From positions 1,984,001 to 2,048,000 of the forward strand of contig OZ037837.1 of assembly GCA_964035575.1 (NCBI GenBank): a DNA stretch of 64,000 nucleotides, in the 5' to 3' direction. A program made the translations under genes and the position numbers. The notes beneath the pieces are model-generated. The model was not told the DNA's origin and made no database searches. It worked only from the letters and a program-made list of their open reading frames with translations. Numbering within the stretch: position 1 is the stretch's first letter; each line of letters opens with the position of its first letter. Source of the DNA: Rhynchopus sp. YZ270_cl-10 (taxonomy: Eukaryota). Of this stretch, positions 57,501-64,000 are shown piece by piece.

Positions 57501-59806
57501 CCTGAGGACGAGTTGGGTGTGCCGGTCGGACACGCCTTCTGTGGGACACCGTTCACTATCCGCTTTGACGACGCCGCGCCTGTGATGGGTGAGTGTGGTG
57601 TGTGGACGATTGAGCGCACGTGGAAGATCCAGCCGCACTACCTCGACTGTGGAGGCGACCTTGCTGTGTACCATGCGTCATTGACAACACGTCAGGTGCA
57701 GGTGATTACTGTGCGTGACGAACGCGCGCCGGACTACACCAGCACCCCTGACGCATCTGTCGAGATCCCATTCTTTGGGAACTGGCGTGCCGCAAACTCG
57801 ATGCCACTCACGGATGAGGTTGCTCACGATGACATGTTGGCACTTGGTCTTGTGTCTTACCCAACAACAACGGTGTCTGTGGATGGGCCGTTTGTGGAGG
57901 CGCCGGCAGGTGTGGGAGACGAGGCGACGTGCCGCACACGTGACTTGCATCGTTCACACGTACGTGGACGGCAACAGACAGATGTGGGAACAGCAGAGTG
58001 TTTGTGCAGGACATCATGGTGCAGCACCCACCGACAGCACTGACAGCCACGCAGGATTGGGTAGAGGCGAAGCGGGAGTTTTCATATGCCCCGGGTGTGG
58101 AGCAACTTGCAGATGCCTGCCACGCAGGGAAGCATGTGGTGACGGGAACGAAGGCATTTGCTCCGATTGACTCGTCGGCAACTGCGAAGGACGTGTGCGC
58201 GGCTAACGTGTGGGCTGCAGACGGGTGCAGGCGACAGGTTCCAGACGTGGCGGTTGTGACGGACAGGAACCTGCACTCGATTGCACCCGTGTTTGCGTCG
58301 TTCCCGGCAGCCGTGGATGTGACTACGACGAGCACACTGAACCCGTACGACGTTGCAGGCGTACCGGGGCTGGGCTTCCCTGTTGGGGAAGCCTTCTGTG
58401 GGACTCCATTCACGATCCGTTATGATGACGCCGAGCCGGAGTTGCAGGAGTGTGGTGTGTGGACGATTGACCGCACGTGGAAGATCCAGCCGCACTACCT
58501 CGACTGTGGAGGCGACCTTGCTGTGTACCACCCGTCGCTGACAACACGTCAGGTGCAGGTGATTACTGTGCGTGACGTGTACCCGCCGACGTTTGTGTCG
58601 AAGCCTGCAGACGTTGTGTCTGTACCGTTCTACACTGCCTACGGGACGGCGGTGACGGGTGTGCCACAGGTGGAGGACGTGGCCGTGCACGCAGACATGG
58701 CCGCACTCGACCTTGTGTCGTACAACATCACTCTTGAGCACAGCGACGTGCACGTAGTCTTCAACAGTGGGCCGGCAGGCTGCACGGACGGTGTTGCTGT
58801 GGTGACACGCAGGTGGACTGCTGGAGACAGGTGCGGGACCACAGCCACCTGGGACCAGACGGTGCGTGTGTTGAACCCCAGTGTCGATGGCGACGGAACC
58901 CTGGGTGCTGTGAGCGAGTACGCTGTGTTTGGTAGCGGGAAGGTGAAGATTGATGACACCGTGGGAAGCATTGCTGGCAACGTGGGGACAAGCTACAAAA
59001 ACCTTGATGTGAAGCATACGACTGTAACAGGCACGATGCAGCATAGCATGCCCAGCGAATCCCATTCGATGACGACTTTCTCAGACACGCTTCGTGTGAC
59101 CCCTGCGAACTGGAGGGAGGGAACAAAGGCGGTGCTTTGCACTGGGCACGAACAGGACAGCTGTGTTGTGACAGCTGTGACGGAGCCGTCTGTTTCACAG
59201 ATTACATACGACAGTGCCAACAGCGACATGATTCTTGAGGGTGACGAGCTTGTGTACAACGTGTTCCAAGATGTGGATGTGAACAACTGGCTGTACGACC
59301 CATACCCGGTGGGACACGGCACCAAGTCACACAGCCACAGCAAGAGCCACAGCAAGAGCCACAGCACGGGACACAGCAACGCGAACCACGAGGGCCACAT
59401 CCACGACTCTGAGCTTGTTGTGCGCGCTGGTGGATTTGTGATTTTGAACCTGATCTTTGACAGCCCGCACACCGGCAGTCACACTCACAGCCACGACGAT
59501 CCTACCGTGCACAAGGACCACTCGCACTTCACTGCTGTGCGCAAGGCTGTGTTTGACCAGGCGTACCCTGCCGGAAAGCAGTTCCTCATGTACAACGTAA
59601 AGAACAACGAGGCCTCGACGTCTGGGAGAAGGATTGTGAGGGTGCGCGAGGGTGAGCTGGTTGGGTCGCTGCTTGTTGCGGACTACACCCACAAGGTGGA
59701 CATCCGTGAGACAACGGTGACTGGGCAGGTCATCACGGACAACCAGTTGACACAAGCCAGATATTTATTTCGGGTTTGCAGGTTTGCAGATAACTCAACC
59801 AGTTAA
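51519..59806 (+). pseudogene. Giant secreted/adhesin-like gene (~2700 codons), broken by about 4 frame changes and 3'-truncated by a repeat
   Basis: Signal peptide MVGHLGLLPLPLLLFAVGASA. Cys-rich CxxDxDC repeats, a TP(A/S)PP linker, a beta-rich middle, ~277-aa HYR-like repeats and a choice-of-anchor-A-like C-terminus. Frame changes at ~52550, ~52960, ~55800 and ~57941. Could be intact if these are consensus errors. Confidence 0.65.
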
Positions 59807-62800
59807 GTAACCCCCGAGAACCCTATTTTTCTTCTTTTCTACTTGGTCTATTTTTTTATGAGACTAGAAAGGAAAAAGGAAAAAATGGAGAAGATAATAA
59901 AGACAATAAAATGAACAGGAAAATGGAAATGGAAAAAAGGATGACCAAAAAAGGTCAGGTTTAGAATAAAAGGTGGATGAAGAGTAAGAAGAACCTTATC
60001 AACCACACCAACCGCACAAGCACCAGCCAGATAATGCAACCTGGAACCAGATAACGCTGCCCGAACCCCGCGCACCCGCACAACCACACCAGCCGGATAA
60101 CGCAACCTAGAACCCGCAAACCCGCGCACCCGCAAACCCGCAAACCCGCACAACCACACCAGCCAGATAACGTAACCTAGAACCAGATAACGCAACCTAG
60201 AACCAGCAGGTTCCCGCGCACCCGCACCCACCAGCCGGCTTATCGACCACACCAGCCGGATAACGCAACCTAGAACCCGCAAACCCGCGCACCCGCAAAC
60301 CCGCAAACCCGCACAACCACCAGCCAGATAACGTAACCTAGAACCAGATAACGCAACCTAGAACCAGCAGGTTCCCGCGCACCCGCACCCACCAGCCGGC
60401 TTATCGACCACACCAGCCGGATAACGCAACCTAGAACCCGCAAACCCGCGCACCCGCAAACCCGCAAACCCGCACAACCACCAGCCAGATAACGTAACCT
60501 AGAACCTGATAACGTTACCCGAACCCCGCGCACGTGTACCACCACACCAGACAGATAACACCGCCGGATAACACAACCTAGAACACCCAAATACTCGCAA
60601 ATTCCAGCTATACAGTGCGCGAACCAGCTAAGTTACTGAACCACGAGAAGACTGGATCCGGTGCACAGGGTGGTATCTAAGGTGCACAGGGGGCGGCTTT
60701 TTTTGGTTCCCGAAACCCTCCCGAAACCTCCCGGAAGTGGTTTTGGATATGGTGCACAGGGGGCATTTCACCCCTGAAAAAGGGTGCACAGGGGGCTTTT
60801 CGGGGGTCCTGAAATAGGGTGCACAGGGGGCGCAAAAGTATGCCCCATATGACTTTTACAGGTATTTTGGGTCCCGTACACAGTTTTCACAGCACACACA
60901 GAAAAACACAGAAAAACACAGAAAAACACAGAAAAACACAGAAAAACACAGAAAAACACAGAAAAACACAGTATACACAGTATACACAGTATACACAGTA
61001 TACACAGTAGTGTACAAACCTTCTCTCAGTAGGGAAGCATGGTACACGTGAAAACACCTAAGTGCCCAGCCCACCAAAACACCAACCAGTTGACACAAGC
61101 CAGATATTTATTTCGGGTTTGCAGGTTTGCAGATAACTCAACCAGTTAAGTAACCCCCAAGAACCCTATTTTTCTTCTTTTCTGTACTTGGTCTATTTTT
61201 TTATGAGAATAGAAAGGAAAAGGGAAAAAATGGAGAAGATAATAAAGACAATAAAATGAACAGGAAAACGGAAATGGAAAAAAGAAAAAAGGATGACCAA
61301 AAAAGGTCGGGTTTAGAATAAAAGGTGGATGAAGAGCTTACCAAGAACCTTATCAACCACACCAACCACACAAGCACCAGCCGGATAATGCATGTAACTG
61401 ACCCCCGAGAACCCTATCAACCACACCAGCCAGATAACGCAACCTAGAACCAGAAAACGCAACCTAGAACCAGCAGGTTCCCGCGCACCCGCACCCACCA
61501 GCCGGCTTATCGACCACACCAGCCAGATAACGTTGCCCGAACCCCGCGCACCCGCACCACCACACCAGCCGGATAACGCAACCTAGAACCCGCAAACCCG
61601 CGCACCCGCAAACCCGCAAACCCGCACAACCACCAGCCAGATAACGTAACCTAGAACCAGAAAACGCAACCTAGAACCAGCAAGTTCCCGCGCACCCGCA
61701 CCCACCAGCCAGCTTATCGACCACACCAGCCAGATAACGTTGCCCGAACCCCGCGCACCCGCACCACCACACCAGCCGGATAACGCAACCTAGAACCCGC
61801 AAACCCGCGCACCCGCAAACCCGCAAACCCGCACAACCACCAGCCAGATAACGTAACCTAGAACCAGAAAACGCAACCTAGAACTGGGGTTCATTTTTTT
61901 TTAAGGGGTTCATTTTTTTTTACACAAAAAACTATGTTAAGACGAAATCCTACCGATGTGCCTACATGGGGCGTCCCCCGTTAGTAGTGCGCCAGATGAG
62001 GGGCATGAAGCGAAAAGCGGCTAAAGGTGCAGGCCTGTGTTGCAGCACAGGTCTGGAGAGTTGAGGCAACTCGCCTGCTGAGCGTGAGAGGAATCAAGGC
62101 AGAGGTTCGCTGTCCAAGTAAAACCTACCCTGGTCATCCTCTGCCTGTTTTGTTTTCTGTCGTGATTGTTTGTGTTTGTGGGCGGGATCAGATGGGTGGA
62201 GGGTGTTTGCTTTTTGTTTAGCTTGGAGAAGGGCCACTCTCGCACACTCCTTGTTATCTATCATCTAGTTTCATTTTTTCATGCATCCCCAAAGTATGTA
62301 GACAGAGTCAAGACCACCTTGGCCAAAAGGGTTTTTTCACCACACTTTTCTTTTGCTTCCATTCGTGGAAGCGTTTGCTTTTCTTCTGTTCCTGGCCTGA
62401 CGTGTGTTCAACAGGTGTGCTATTTTTACCAAGTGGAATCCATTTTTCTTTTTCCAGGGGAGGCACTAAAACAAACCATTCTGCAGACAACAAAGCAAAG
62501 GCAATGTGTTTTTTATTCTCCCTTCCCTTCTTTTAAGTAAGGAGGATTAGGTCTTCTTTTTTTCCTTTTTTTGCCCCAGAAGTGTGACGCCTGTGTATTC
62601 AAATTGATCAAAAAGAATAAAAAACAAACACATAATGCAGTTTCTTGTTTTGTATAAAACTCTGTTGGCTCTACCGTACTCTTCGCCCGCCTTTTATACA
62701 AAACTTGAAACACCGACCATTTTTGGTCATCATTTTTTCCTTTTCATTTTTCCATTTCCTTTTTCCTTTTCCATTTCCTGTTCATTTTATTGTCTTTATT

Positions 62801-64000
62801 GTCTTCGCCATTTCTTCCTTTTTCCTTTCTATTCTCATAAAAAACTAGTCCAAGTACAAAAAAGAGAAAAAAAAAAAAAAAAAAAAAAAAAAACCTAGAA
62901 CCAGCAAGTTCCCGCGCACCCGCACCCACCAGCCAGCTTATCGACCACACCAGCCAGATAACGTTGCCCGAACCCCGCGCACCCGCACCACCACACCAGC
63001 CGGATAACGCAACCTAGAACCAGCAGGTTCCCGCGCACCCGCACCCACCAGCCAGCTTAGTGACCACACCAGCCAGATAACGCAACCTAGAACCCGCAAA
63101 CCCGCGCACCCGCAAACCCGCAAACCCGCACAACCACCAGACAGATAACGTAACCTAGAACCAGATAACGCAACCTAGAACCAGCAGGTTCCCGCGCACC
63201 CGCACCCACCAGCCAGCTTATCGACCACACCAGCCAGATAACGTTGCCCGAACCCCGCGCACCCGCACCACCACACCAGCCAGATAACACAACCTAGAAC
63301 CCGCTAATACTCGCAAATAACAGTTTTTCAGTGCGTGAAACAGCTGAGTTACTGAACCCCGAGAAGACTGGATCCGGTGCACAGGGTGCCTTTTTGAAAA
63401 AAATCCGGTGCACAGGGGGCGCCTAAGTGAAAAATCGGTGCACAGGGGGCGTATCCTGGAAAAATCCGGTGCACACGGGGCGACCAAAAACGGTGCACAG
63501 GGGGCGTCTTTGAACGGTGCACAGGGGGCGCCTAAAATCCGGTGCACACGGGGCGCCCCAAAAACGGTGCACAGGGGGCGTGTCAGAACGGTGCACATGG
63601 GGCGCCCGGCTATTAAATCACGGGTAAAACGCCCCCTGTGCACCGGATTTTTGGGCGCCCCCTGTGCACCGTTTTGGGGTGCGCCCCCTGTGCACCGGAC
63701 GTGCCCCCTGTGCACCGGAGTGGCCCACAGGGTGCCTTTTTGACAAATATCCGGTGCACAGGGGGCGTATCCGGGGAAAATCCGGTGCACAGGGGGCGCC
63801 CAAAAACGGTGCACAGGGGGCGTGTTAATACGGTGCACAGGGGGCGCCTTCAATCCGGTGCACAGGGGGCGCCCCAAAAACGGTGCACAGGGGGCGTGTC
63901 AAAACGGTGCACAGGGGGCGCCCGGCTATTAAATCACGGGTAAAACGCCCCCTGTGCACCGGATTTTTGGGCGCCCCCTGTGCACCGTTTTGGGGTGCGC
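59740..64000. repeat. Complex satellite / repeat block
   Basis: Modules CCAGATAACGCAACCTAGAAC, (CCCGCAAA)n and GGTGCACAGGGGGCG. (GAAAAACACA)x7 at 60901-60970 and (GTATACACA)x4 at 60971-61006. A larger unit restarts at 61084. Confidence 0.9.
61885..62891 (+). mobile_element. ~1-kb non-coding retroposon (SINE-like or LINE 3' end) with poly(A) tail
   Basis: Flanking direct repeat AACCTAGAAC (61875-61884, 62892-62901) and an ~25-nt A tail. Confidence 0.75.

Noticed and set aside
63218..64000. CRISPR-like repeat-spacer pattern and associated ORFs
   Set aside because: The core is only ~15 bp, the spacers are short and recurrent, orientation is mixed, there are no cas genes and the context is eukaryotic.

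Overview
Eukaryotic (protist) genomic DNA. All credible genes lie on the + strand, and there are few, short GTATG...CAG introns. That organisation, with CA-rich leaders and receptor-type cyclase-like genes, suggests a euglenozoan, probably a diplonemid (inference). The window holds three receptor-type class III cyclase-like genes with degenerate active sites and a Ubl-LRR gene ending in CaaX. It also holds a 2-kb foldback/Mutator-like transposon with a 9-bp TSD, and a five-copy tandem array of Ubl + WD40 genes interleaved with 5' fragments of the downstream intact Vps39/TGFBRAP1-like gene. Further along are an SDR, a multi-pass membrane protein, and a ~2630-aa protein combining an R-S-E ADP-ribosyltransferase, WWE-like, LRR, ankyrin-like and putative PARG/macro-like modules, plus a collapsed copy of that gene. 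The window ends with a frameshifted giant adhesin-like gene and a complex satellite carrying a poly(A)/TSD retroposon. The most notable items are the Ubl-WD40 array, whose variation concentrates on one predicted propeller face, and the possible ADP-ribose writer/reader/eraser fusion. All domain calls come from motif recognition by eye; no searches were run.
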